Positions 17,157-24,234 of a stretch of DNA of 32,000 bases are shown here, piece by piece. The position numbers were made by a program, and so were the translations under genes. The DNA comes from Candidatus Scalindua sp. (GTDB lineage Bacteria > Planctomycetota > Brocadiia > Brocadiales > Scalinduaceae). Under the pieces are notes generated by a model. The model saw nothing but the letters and a program-made list of their open reading frames with translations, did not search any database and had not been told where the DNA came from. Location: contig JALDRA010000001.1 in the NCBI GenBank assembly GCA_031316235.1, forward strand, positions 2,040,001 to 2,072,000, in the 5' to 3' direction. Within the stretch, counting starts at the first letter, position 1; every line of letters begins with the position of its first letter.

Positions 17157-17506
17157 CTTGTATTCAGTATCTCCAGAAGCGCTTGTGCATTGTTTCTTTT
17201 CTCATCTTTTGCCGCATACAGCAAAGTAACCTTTTTGCCTTTTTCTAAATCCATCAACTGCTTCAGTAACTCTTTTTTCTCTTTCAATTCCATGTGGTAT
17301 CTGTTTTTAAACTCCTGCCATCGGTCCTCTTTATGAGCAAACCATTTCCGAAGAGCAGTGCCGGGGGCGATCTCTTTCATCCAATAATCGATCCTGGCTT
17401 CCTCTTTTGTAAGACCTCGTGGCCAGAGACGATCAACTAAAACTCTTTTACCGTCGTTTTTTTCGGCTTTTTCATAAACCCGTTTTATTACGTACACTTG
17501 AGGCAC
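17153..17506 (-). CDS. DUF488 (YeaO-like) family protein
   Basis: 117-aa ORF with GTG start and AGGAGAGGGA Shine-Dalgarno. IKRVYEKAEKNDGKRVLVDRLWPRGLTKEEA...WMKEIAPGTALRKWFAH matches the YeaO/DUF488 pattern. Confidence 0.8.
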   Translation of the reverse strand: MPQVYVIKRVYEKAEKNDGKRVLVDRLWPRGLTKEEARIDYWMKEIAPGTALRKWFAHKEDRWQEFKNRYHMELKEKKELLKQLMDLEKGKKVTLLYAAKDEKRNNAQALLEILNTR

Positions 17507-17548
17507 TCCCTCTCCTGTCCATATCGCTATATGTTATTCTCGCCACAA

Positions 17549-17689
17549 ACATACTCATCTTATATTGGTTTTCGGATACAATCCAGGAAAAAACGGAGGA
17601 AGTAAGGTCTTCGGTGCTTTTTGTCCGGGGCTACCAGCAGCCAGGCTTTGGTTTGAAAAATCTAAAACCAAAGCGGATTTAGTATATAC
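17549..17689 (-). repeat. Mosaic intergenic repeat copy R7 (reverse: C, B, A-degenerate)
   Basis: acatactcatcttatattggttttcggatacaatccaggaaaaaacggaggaagt / aaggtcttcggtgctttttgtccgggg / ctaccagcagccaggctttggtttgaaaaatctaaaaccaaagcggatttagtatatac. Confidence 0.85.
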
Positions 17690-17882
17690 GCTTCATCTGT
17701 TGCCCTTTCCGCTAACATCCATGGTCTATCTGACACAACGAAGGATGAAAAGAGCCATTATTTCGATGAATATCATATCTGTTCTATTACCAAAGACTTA
17801 CAGATATTTTGTGATTTAAAAAAAATACTTTCATATAAAATTCAGTAGTATCCAGGCAGGTTTCTGCAGAAGAGGCTTTTGT

Positions 17883-17907
17883 CATACCCGAACGTTTTTA
17901 TCGGGTA
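17883..17907. repeat. Short hairpin element (ATACCCGA - 9 nt - TCGGGTAT)
   Basis: gtcatacccgaacgtttttatcgggtattggg, an 8-bp perfect stem. It has the GTCAT-prefixed look of the second hairpin type. Confidence 0.4.
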
Positions 17908-18098
17908 TTGGGAGGTTTGTGGGACCTGAATTCGAGCTAAAAACATGCCAGTCTGAATAGGTACAGGCGAGCGGGAATGATAGCTTTGAGGCAATTAGAT
18001 AAACACGCAAAAACCTAACCGGACAATGTTGAAATGGTATAAAAAGCGCTCATATAAGCACAAAAACTCTTAAAATGGAAACGCCCGGATAGAAAAAC

Positions 18099-18623
18099 CT
18101 ACTCATCTATCCGAACAGTTTCATTTGGAGAGATGATTTTTAGACTATCGAGTTCCAATTTACCTTCAACCTCCTCATTAAATATTGCATGGCATTCATC
18201 ACAAGACTCTGTTAGCCTGGTAAATTCCAATTTTGAGTTAACGTCATCATGATCCCTGCTGCACAGGATTAGATTATTTACCGCATGGATAAATTTGTCA
18301 CGCAAAGCTACGAACCCACTCGGAACCTCCTTGTGTTCAGCTTCATAAAGCTCCACACACGTATCACCGATACCTTCTTTGATTTCTTGTGCCCATATAT
18401 CTATTTCCACCCAATCATTGTTTTTCACTCCTCTTCCCAACCTCTTCATTGCTATGGAGGCTTTTTTCATTGCCCTTACCAAGCCAAAATCAGTAGGTTT
18501 TTCTTTTTGTACATGTTCAACACTCTCAACATTCACTTCCACCGCTTCCTCAGGCTTTTTACAGGAAGCAATGGACAGACAAACTACTAAAATAGTTATT
18601 ACTGCTATCATTGAACGGCTCAT
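18099..18623 (-). CDS. Mono-heme c lipoprotein, probably four-helix-bundle class II (cytochrome c-prime / c556-like); paralog 1
   Basis: 174-aa ORF with ATG and AAGGGGAG Shine-Dalgarno. Lipobox LSIASC (Cys21). A single CDECH heme-c motif near the C-terminus (18189-18203). The helical pattern VRAMKKASIAMKRLGRGVKNNDW resembles the cytochrome c-prime N-terminal helix. The family call is from memory. Confidence 0.6.
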   Translation of the reverse strand: MSRSMIAVITILVVCLSIASCKKPEEAVEVNVESVEHVQKEKPTDFGLVRAMKKASIAMKRLGRGVKNNDWVEIDIWAQEIKEGIGDTCVELYEAEHKEVPSGFVALRDKFIHAVNNLILCSRDHDDVNSKLEFTRLTESCDECHAIFNEEVEGKLELDSLKIISPNETVRIDE

Positions 18624-18742
18624 TCACTCCCCTTATCTAAATTTTTCAAACAAATATTCCATTTATACAATTTAACTGAATTATATATAGCGATTATTAC
18701 TGCCCCCCATTTCTTTACCAACGATATGAGCGCTTACGGTAT

Positions 18743-18822
18743 TATACCCATCACGAACTGGTTTTAGGTTTTCAGAACCCGATTTCACCAGAAATTCCTA
18801 AAATCAATTCGTGACGGGTATA
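18743..18822. repeat. 80-bp element bounded by 15-bp inverted repeats (MITE-like or structured-RNA-like)
   Basis: tatacccatcacgaa (18743-18757) and ttcgtgacgggtata (18808-18822) match at 14/15 complementary positions. The interior ctggttttaggttttcagaacccgatttcaccag resembles module A of the mosaic family. Confidence 0.5.
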
Positions 18823-18887
18823 TCACCCGTAACCAGAACAATCCCGTTATCATCAATATTCATTGAATTTGTTATTACGTATTCGTT

Positions 18888-19086
18888 ATTATACTCATCT
18901 CATAATGATTTTCGAATAAAATCTGAGAAAAAACTGAGCGGGTAATGTCCTCGGCGTTTTTTGTCCGGGGATATACTCATCTCATAATGGTTTTCGGATA
19001 AAATCCGAGATAAAATTGAGCGAGTATACCAGCAACCAGGATTTGGTTTCCGGGAAACTGAAAACCAAATCCTGGTTGCTGGTATA
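18888..19086 (-). repeat. Mosaic intergenic repeat copy R8 (reverse: C, B, C, A with perfect 24-bp hairpin)
   Basis: attatactcatctcataatgattttcgaataaaatctgagaaaaaactgagcgggt / aatgtcctcggcgttttttgtccgggg / atatactcatctcataatggttttcggataaaatccgagataaaattgagcgagt / ataccagcaaccaggatttggttt (19026-19049) - 12-nt loop - aaaccaaatcctggttgctggtat (19062-19085). Confidence 0.95.
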
Positions 19087-19125
19087 CGTATCAGAATATG
19101 ACTCTTATTTTGTCTATACCCCTAT

Positions 19126-19168
19126 AAATAGAAAAGCGAACTCCCCTCCTCGGGGAAGAGGAGGGGAG
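19126..19168 (-). terminator. Rho-independent terminator of the PII-PII-amt operon
   Basis: An 11-bp GC-rich stem, CTCCCCTCCTC (19141-19151) / GAGGAGGGGAG (19158-19168), with a 6-nt loop. On the minus strand it is followed by TTCGCTTTTCTATTT. It lies about 70 nt after the amt stop. Confidence 0.65.
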
Positions 19169-19238
19169 AATGGAGGATCGTAAAGGTATTTTTTTACCTT
19201 AACATCCACAACAACCGATTTTAAAAATATTTTAGATT

Positions 19239-20690
19239 TTAACAGACAAGTTCGCCCAATCTAATGTGTCTACGCACTACAGTATCTATATCCTCAATGT
19301 GCTTTCCATCAGGAGGATAACACTGAGTACCATGGACAATAATGTCTAACCCATCTAGTTCTTCCGCTTCAGACACCCTGATACCAATGGTATGTTTCAA
19401 TCCGAAGAATATGGCAAAACCTAACCCACCTGCCCACACTATGGCAGTAGCAAAGGCAATAAGCTGTGCAAGGAACTGCTGACCGGAACCTGTTATCAAT
19501 CCACTTACTCCCGCATATGAACCGTCGGCAAAAATCCCTACTGCAAGAAGCCCCCATAAGCCATTGGCACCGTGTACGGACACCGCCCCAAGGGGATCAT
19601 CTACTTTGAATTTCTGTTCTATCAGCCAAACAGATCCACACATCAATAGACCTCCAATGAGACCTACTATGACGGCTGCCCATGGGGCAATATATGCGCA
19701 TGGCGCTGATACAGCCACAAAACCACCTAATGCACCATTACAAGCCTCTACTATATCAGGTTTTTTTGTTTTAATGTATGTATATAATACTACAATAACA
19801 GCCCCTGAAATACCGGCGAGCAAAGTATTGGCCGCAATAATTGAAGACCTCAACTCTGAGATGGCGAGGGTACTGCCCGAATCATAAGCGAGCCATCCAA
19901 AGGCTAAAATAACGGTGCCAATAAGTACATAGGCAATGTTATGCCCGGCTATGTGATTGGAAGAACCGTCAGAATTAAATTTTCCGATTCTTGGTCCTAA
20001 GGCCCAGGCACCCATAAAAGCGCAGATTCCCCCAATTGCATGAACTACTCCTGAACCGCCAAAGTCCTTAACTCCAACTCCCAATTCCAACTCTGCCAGC
20101 CATCCTTCACCCCATATCCAGTGGCCATAAAATGAATATACAAACGCATATACCAGAAGGCATGAAATTAAAAACGCAGAAAATTTAATCCTTTCTGCCA
20201 CAGCGCCAGCTATAATGCTGCCGATAAAAGTGGCGACAATCGCCATGAAAACAAATAGCAGAATTGTTTTTACATCATATGTTTCACCTATAAGCATAAA
20301 GCCGCCGTAACCAATAAAGGCATTACCTTTTTCAAGACCGGACGCAAGGTGAGAACCTCCAAACATAAATGCAAAACCAAAGAGCCAGAAAATAAAGACT
20401 CCTGCCGTTGTTGCCATAAAGCAATGGGTCATGTAGCTGAGCATATTTTTAGAGCGAAGAAGACCGCCCAACAACATAAACCCTGCCTGCATAAACAGAA
20501 TAAGGAAAGCCGCCATCAGTATCCAAACAAAATTGCCTGATGTTGTCAATCCTTCGAGGTTTTTAGTAAATGTAAACGCACCGCTCGGGTCACCGGCCTG
20601 TGCATAACCTGTCCAGAGGAAAAGCTTTGTCCCGCAGCATGCCATGAACAAACCAAGGGTCCTCATTCTAATTCCAAATATTTTCCGCAT
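19239..20690 (-). CDS. amt: Ammonium transporter (Amt/AmtB family), Amt1
   Basis: 483-aa ORF with ATG and AAGGAGG Shine-Dalgarno. It has a signal-like N-terminus and Amt signatures DFGGSGVVHAIGGICAFMGAWALGPRIGKF and DPLGAVSVHGANGLWGLLAVGIFA (twin His). The C-terminal motif is EAEELDGLDIIVHG. Confidence 0.95.
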   Translation of the reverse strand: MRKIFGIRMRTLGLFMACCGTKLFLWTGYAQAGDPSGAFTFTKNLEGLTTSGNFVWILMAAFLILFMQAGFMLLGGLLRSKNMLSYMTHCFMATTAGVFIFWLFGFAFMFGGSHLASGLEKGNAFIGYGGFMLIGETYDVKTILLFVFMAIVATFIGSIIAGAVAERIKFSAFLISCLLVYAFVYSFYGHWIWGEGWLAELELGVGVKDFGGSGVVHAIGGICAFMGAWALGPRIGKFNSDGSSNHIAGHNIAYVLIGTVILAFGWLAYDSGSTLAISELRSSIIAANTLLAGISGAVIVVLYTYIKTKKPDIVEACNGALGGFVAVSAPCAYIAPWAAVIVGLIGGLLMCGSVWLIEQKFKVDDPLGAVSVHGANGLWGLLAVGIFADGSYAGVSGLITGSGQQFLAQLIAFATAIVWAGGLGFAIFFGLKHTIGIRVSEAEELDGLDIIVHGTQCYPPDGKHIEDIDTVVRRHIRLGELVC

Positions 20691-20764
20691 TAAAACCTCC
20701 TTTTATAATTCGCGTGTTGCTTAATGATTGAAAATTGTTTGTTAACTTTGGAGAAAGCAGCGCT

Positions 20765-21199
20765 TTAAAAAACCCTTTCTGTCTCAGGGCATGCAATCTC
20801 TTCTGGAACCTCCTTTGGTTCTTTTGTCGACATTTTAACAACTCTTCCTTTGGCAGTAGTCGTATCGGTGTCTTCCCAGGACTCACCAGAACGTATTCTG
20901 TAAGCAGACTCTATATGTGTTATAAATATTTTTCCGTCTCCAATTGCACCGGTTTTTGCCTCTTTAATAATAACGTTTACTACTGGCTCTACATCAGCTT
21001 CAGAGACCACAACCTCAATTTTTATCCTTTTGTGGACATCTACCTTATATTCTCTTCCTCGCCATGCCTGTACCGTACCAATTTCGCTTCCATGCCCCCT
21101 GATTTCACTGATATTCATACCAATTATTCCTATTTCATATAACATGGAACTGACCGCCGTTAAACATTGCGGGCGAATAATCGCTTCTATTTTCTTCAT
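20765..21199 (-). CDS. glnK: PII nitrogen-regulatory protein (GlnK-like) with substituted effector-site residues and a roughly 30-aa C-terminal extension
   Basis: 144-aa ORF with ATG. It is colinear with canonical PII: MKKIEAIIRP..., T-loop GHGSEIGTVQAWRGREY, B-loop TGAIGDGKIF, and RIRSGE followed by an extra SWEDTDTTTAKGRVVKMSTKEPKEVPEEIACPETERVF. Confidence 0.85.
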   Translation of the reverse strand: MKKIEAIIRPQCLTAVSSMLYEIGIIGMNISEIRGHGSEIGTVQAWRGREYKVDVHKRIKIEVVVSEADVEPVVNVIIKEAKTGAIGDGKIFITHIESAYRIRSGESWEDTDTTTAKGRVVKMSTKEPKEVPEEIACPETERVF

Positions 21200-21237
21200 T
21201 TTTTTCTCCCAAATGATTTTCCTCTAATTTTAGAAAA

Positions 21238-21669
21238 TTAGTGTAAGACATCCATGATTTCCAAAACTTCTTGTTGCTGCTCAAAAGGGCTCTCTTCTTG
21301 GATAACTTGTTTTTGCTTTGGAGGCAATGATACCCATCTTCCGTCTTCTGTTATAATGTTCTTTTTAACCATGCTTGACTTCAATCGTAACGCGTAATCG
21401 TATTTACAATTATTCCCATCTTCTTTATATAAATGTTTACTGATATTCTGCACTGCTTCTTCTACGACATTTTCCTCTAAAACAACTTCTATTTTTACAT
21501 TTTTTATTACATCAACTATATATTCTTCATCGCGCCAGAAAATAGACCTGACAGCAACCTGGCTGCTATCCTTTATACACATCTTTAATATCGGATAACC
21601 TATCCTCTCAAAATAATCTTCTAATATATGCATTGACATTGGTTTTACAAATGCCGTTACTCTTTTCAC
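21238..21669 (-). CDS. Degenerate PII-like protein (PII fold core kept, nucleotide-binding loops lost)
   Basis: The ORF track starts at TTG 21687. GTG at 21669 has AGGAAAGGA upstream and gives MKRVTAFVKP, matching the PII N-terminus. WRDEEYIVDVIKNVKIEVVL aligns with the T-loop tip and beta3. There is no GxG motif before the T-loop and no TGxxGDGKIF B-loop. Confidence 0.6.
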   Translation of the reverse strand: MKRVTAFVKPMSMHILEDYFERIGYPILKMCIKDSSQVAVRSIFWRDEEYIVDVIKNVKIEVVLEENVVEEAVQNISKHLYKEDGNNCKYDYALRLKSSMVKKNIITEDGRWVSLPPKQKQVIQEESPFEQQQEVLEIMDVLH

Positions 21670-21732
21670 AGTTTTTCCTTTCCTCAAATAAATGTATGAA
21701 TCAGGGTTTCTCTATTTCTTATGTGTAGTATC

Positions 21733-21747
21733 GCAATAAAAGTGCCA
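21733..21747 (-). promoter_or_regulatory. Sigma54 (-24/-12) promoter for the PII-like / PII / amt1 operon
   Basis: Minus strand reads TGGCAC-TTTTA-TTGC-G, an exact match to TGGCAC-N5-TTGC. It lies about 65 nt upstream of GTG 21669. Confidence 0.65.
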
Positions 21748-22078
21748 CTAGCAAAAAAAAGTGGAAAAGCCGCGTAAGAATTTCTTAAGCTGCTATAAAC
21801 AATAGACTTATTTGTATTAAATAGTATGTCTCACTGAAAACAGCAAAAATACGTATTTCGGGCAACAGCACCCTGAAATTAAGACTATGTAAAGTAAACG
21901 AAGTCTAAGAGTGCAAAACATAATGTTTTATAAGAAATCGGGCATGAATGACAGATTCAGGTATTAATGCACTAAAACCTTACCTCTTTGTAATGGTAAT
22001 TTGGATAAGGGCTGTGGTATGGTGTTGCGGTATTAATGAAAGGAATATTCATGTAGCTTCTTCATTCCGTTCGCTACA

Positions 22079-22110
22079 TTCAGAATGACATATCGGCATG
22101 TCATTCTGAA
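22079..22110. repeat. Perfect 13-bp-arm palindrome of the second hairpin type
   Basis: ttcagaatgacat-atcggc-atgtcattctgaa, preceded by ccgttcgctacatt (compare ccgcttcgctcagtatggcat at 11476). The 14-mer gacatgccgatatg recurs at 30095-30108. Confidence 0.6.
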
Positions 22111-22186
22111 AAAAACTCACCCCATGACTCATGGCAGTAGGGGAAGAATCTTACCTTTGAATTTCATCATAAATATAGCTAAATAA

Positions 22187-23584
22187 TTAATCTTTGAAAC
22201 TGTCTTTGTTTATATCGTATTTTTTCATTTTACGGTAAAGGGTTTTTGCGTCGACACCGGATATTTTAGCAGAGAAGTCGATTCGTCCTTTATATCGTTT
22301 TAACAGTTTGGTTATATACGTCTCCTCACAATGTGCTAAGAATTCTTCTAAACTGCTATCAGTGATTCTACCATCAAAAATTTCTTTTAATCCTGCCGTC
22401 TGTTGTTTTTGTGTGGGAATTAATATATCTACCTCGTTTATTATGTGACCTTTCATCATAATTACAGATCGCTCGACCAGGTTTTCAAGTTCTCTGACAT
22501 TACCTGGCCAGTGGTAAGACATTAAAATAGTAAGAGCATTCTGTGAAATGGATTTGATATCTTTCTTGAAAGCTTTATTATATTTTTCGATAAAGTGCGA
22601 TACAAGCAAAGGGATGTCCTCTCTCCTCTCTCGTAATGAAGGCAATTGTATTGGAACAACATTTAGCCGGTAATATAAATCTTTTCTGAAGTTTCCCTCT
22701 TCTGATAATTTATTTAAATCTTTATTTGTAGCAGCAACGACCCTTACATCAACCTTTATGGTCTGATTGCCACCAATCCTTTCAAAAGACTTCTCCTGTA
22801 ATAACCTGAGAAGTTTCGTCTGCATGGAAAGAGGCAGGTTGCTCATCTCATCAAAGAAAACTGTTCCTTTGTCGGCATGTTCAAATTTGCCTGTCCTTTG
22901 CTTTACCGCGCCGGTAAAAGCCCCTTCTTCATGTCCAAAAAGTTCAGTCTCCAGTAAAGTTTCTGGTAAGGCGCTACAATTCATGATAACAAAAGGTGAG
23001 TCTTTTCTATTACTATTGTGATGGATGGCATGCGCTACAAGCTCTTTTCCTGTGCCAGTTTCACCAGTTATTAAGACGGTGGCATCAGTGTCTGCCACCT
23101 GAGTGACTATATCGTAAACTTGCCGCATTCTGTGTGACTTCCCTATTATATTGTCAAAGCCAAACCTCTCTTCGAGTTCCTTGCGTAATGCCCTGTTTTC
23201 TATAATCAGGTTCTGCTTTTCAAAGACACGACTGACAACTAACCTCAACTCTTCAGCAGAAAAGGGTTTAGTGAGATAATCATATGCACCTATCTTCATT
23301 GCTTCAACCGCAGTTCTAACGCTACCATACGCTGTCATCATAATTAAAGACACATCCGGGTACTCGTCCTTTAATTGCTTTAATAATTCAAATCCATCCA
23401 TTTGCGGCATTTTAAGGTCAGAAATAACCAAAGCATATGGCGTTTTTCTATAGAAACTTAGTGCCTCCAGACCGTTTGATGCCGTTTTGACGTTGTAGCC
23501 TTCATCATCCAAAACACTTTTAATGCTACCAAGAACATATTCATCATCTTCCACTACCAATATCTTCTTTTTATTTTTAGCCAC
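22187..23584 (-). CDS. Sigma54-dependent response regulator (NtrC family: REC, AAA+ sigma54 activator, Fis-type HTH)
   Basis: 465-aa ORF with GTG start. REC is KILVVEDDEYV..VISDLKMPQMDG. Walker A is GETGTGKE. The GAFTGA loop is EEGAFTGA. The C-terminal HTH is AKISGVDAKTLYRKMKKYDI. Confidence 0.92.
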   Translation of the reverse strand: MAKNKKKILVVEDDEYVLGSIKSVLDDEGYNVKTASNGLEALSFYRKTPYALVISDLKMPQMDGFELLKQLKDEYPDVSLIMMTAYGSVRTAVEAMKIGAYDYLTKPFSAEELRLVVSRVFEKQNLIIENRALRKELEERFGFDNIIGKSHRMRQVYDIVTQVADTDATVLITGETGTGKELVAHAIHHNSNRKDSPFVIMNCSALPETLLETELFGHEEGAFTGAVKQRTGKFEHADKGTVFFDEMSNLPLSMQTKLLRLLQEKSFERIGGNQTIKVDVRVVAATNKDLNKLSEEGNFRKDLYYRLNVVPIQLPSLRERREDIPLLVSHFIEKYNKAFKKDIKSISQNALTILMSYHWPGNVRELENLVERSVIMMKGHIINEVDILIPTQKQQTAGLKEIFDGRITDSSLEEFLAHCEETYITKLLKRYKGRIDFSAKISGVDAKTLYRKMKKYDINKDSFKD

Positions 23585-23616
23585 TGGTTAATAACCTCAC
23601 TTAAAAACAATAAATA

Positions 23617-23677
23617 GGCTGATTACTGCCATTATTTTTGGGGTTTCTTGAAAAAGAGGCAGATTACAGCCATTATT
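23617..23677. promoter_or_regulatory. Two copies of a 20-bp motif with GGC..GCC dyad ends; candidate enhancer (UAS) for the sigma54 activator
   Basis: GGCTGATTACTGCCATTATT (23617-23636) and GGCAGATTACAGCCATTATT (23658-23677) are 18/20 identical and 41 bp apart. They lie 79-133 bp upstream of the + strand sigma54 promoter and 33-93 bp upstream of the activator gene's own start on the other strand. Confidence 0.35.
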
Positions 23678-23749
23678 AAAAAACTACATAGAATATAAAA
23701 ACCAATAAAGCCTTATATTTAAATATGTTATGTGTCGACAGCTGGCAGC

Positions 23750-23764
23750 TGGCATGTTTATTGC
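23750..23764 (+). promoter_or_regulatory. Sigma54 (-24/-12) promoter for the 122-aa orphan gene
   Basis: TGGCAT-GTTTA-TTGC-G has one mismatch to TGGCAC-N5-TTGC, and the GG and GC dinucleotides are correctly spaced. It lies about 65 nt upstream of ATG 23830. It shares TTTATTGCG with the 21747 promoter. Confidence 0.55.
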
Positions 23765-23829
23765 GGCATTTAATGGGTGTAGTTGACTCTTGGAATCCAT
23801 TTTAATTACCTGTTAAAAAGGAGTGTGTC

Positions 23830-24198
23830 ATGAAAAATATAAAAATTGTAGATTTCGAACAATCTGTTTATTCCGAACCAGATGTTACAATAGACAAAAT
23901 TGTTGATAATAAGAGATATCAGTATTGTAGATTTTCTGCCGAAGACACTCTCTACAAGGGAATAAGTAGTATTGCCATGCGTTGGAGAGACGGCGAAATA
24001 TCGCAAACTGTTGCCTCTGAACTGTTGGAGCTTGCATCACTTCCATATGAAAGATGGCTTTTTGACACGATTGTTGACCTGGCTAAGGATACGCAATGCC
24101 TTGAATATATTGCCGATGACAATGAATATAGGGACGTAAAGGCAATTGCTTTCTTACAACATGGCGATGACAGGTCATTTAATATACAATATAAATAA
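23830..24198 (+). CDS. Hypothetical cytoplasmic protein (122 aa), sigma54-promoter-driven, no recognisable family
   Basis: ATG is preceded by AAAAAGGAG. There is no TM segment or signal peptide. The gene is inserted between the kinase and regulator genes on the opposite strand, and its stop is 36 bp from the kinase stop. Confidence 0.6.
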   Translation: MKNIKIVDFEQSVYSEPDVTIDKIVDNKRYQYCRFSAEDTLYKGISSIAMRWRDGEISQTVASELLELASLPYERWLFDTIVDLAKDTQCLEYIADDNEYRDVKAIAFLQHGDDRSFNIQYK

Positions 24199-24234
24199 AA
24201 ACCTGCATTCTGACTCATGGCGCAAACAATCAGT

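Noticed and set aside
17690-18098. tRNA, rRNA or other classical RNA genes in the large intergenic gaps (17.7-18.1, 21.7-22.2, 13.96-14.7, 31.74-32.0 kb).
   Set aside because: No T-arm (GGTTCGAATCC-like) or cloverleaf-compatible segments and no rRNA-like stretches were seen by eye. This cannot be excluded without tRNAscan or Infernal.
18690-18704. A sigma54-like element upstream of the lipoprotein gene (minus strand GGCAGTAATAATCGC), and a search for one upstream of the Amt2 operon (29639-29850).
   Set aside because: The GG-to-GC spacing is 13 rather than 12. The paralogous position at 29.7 kb is not conserved (CCAGCCACAATCGC). No acceptable match was found, so these units probably use another sigma factor.
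6369-19086. CRISPR array possibility for the recurring about 55-nt module.
   Set aside because: The spacing between copies is hundreds to thousands of bp and includes genes. Copies occur in both orientations and with other modules. There is no regular repeat-spacer periodicity and there are no cas genes.
21670-21687. N-terminal extensions given by the ORF track at non-ATG codons (TTG 21687 for the PII-like gene; TTG 15969 for the NosL-like gene; ATG 13813 for the receptor).
   Set aside because: Internal starts (GTG 21669, ATG 15948, ATG 13792) have proper Shine-Dalgarno spacing. They also restore the expected PII N-terminus or signal peptides.
22079-22110. The perfect 13-bp palindrome as the rho-independent terminator of the sigma54 activator gene.
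   Set aside because: On the minus strand the T-run precedes the hairpin rather than following it. The element lies 77 nt or more past the stop, and part of it recurs elsewhere. It is better explained as a repeat element.
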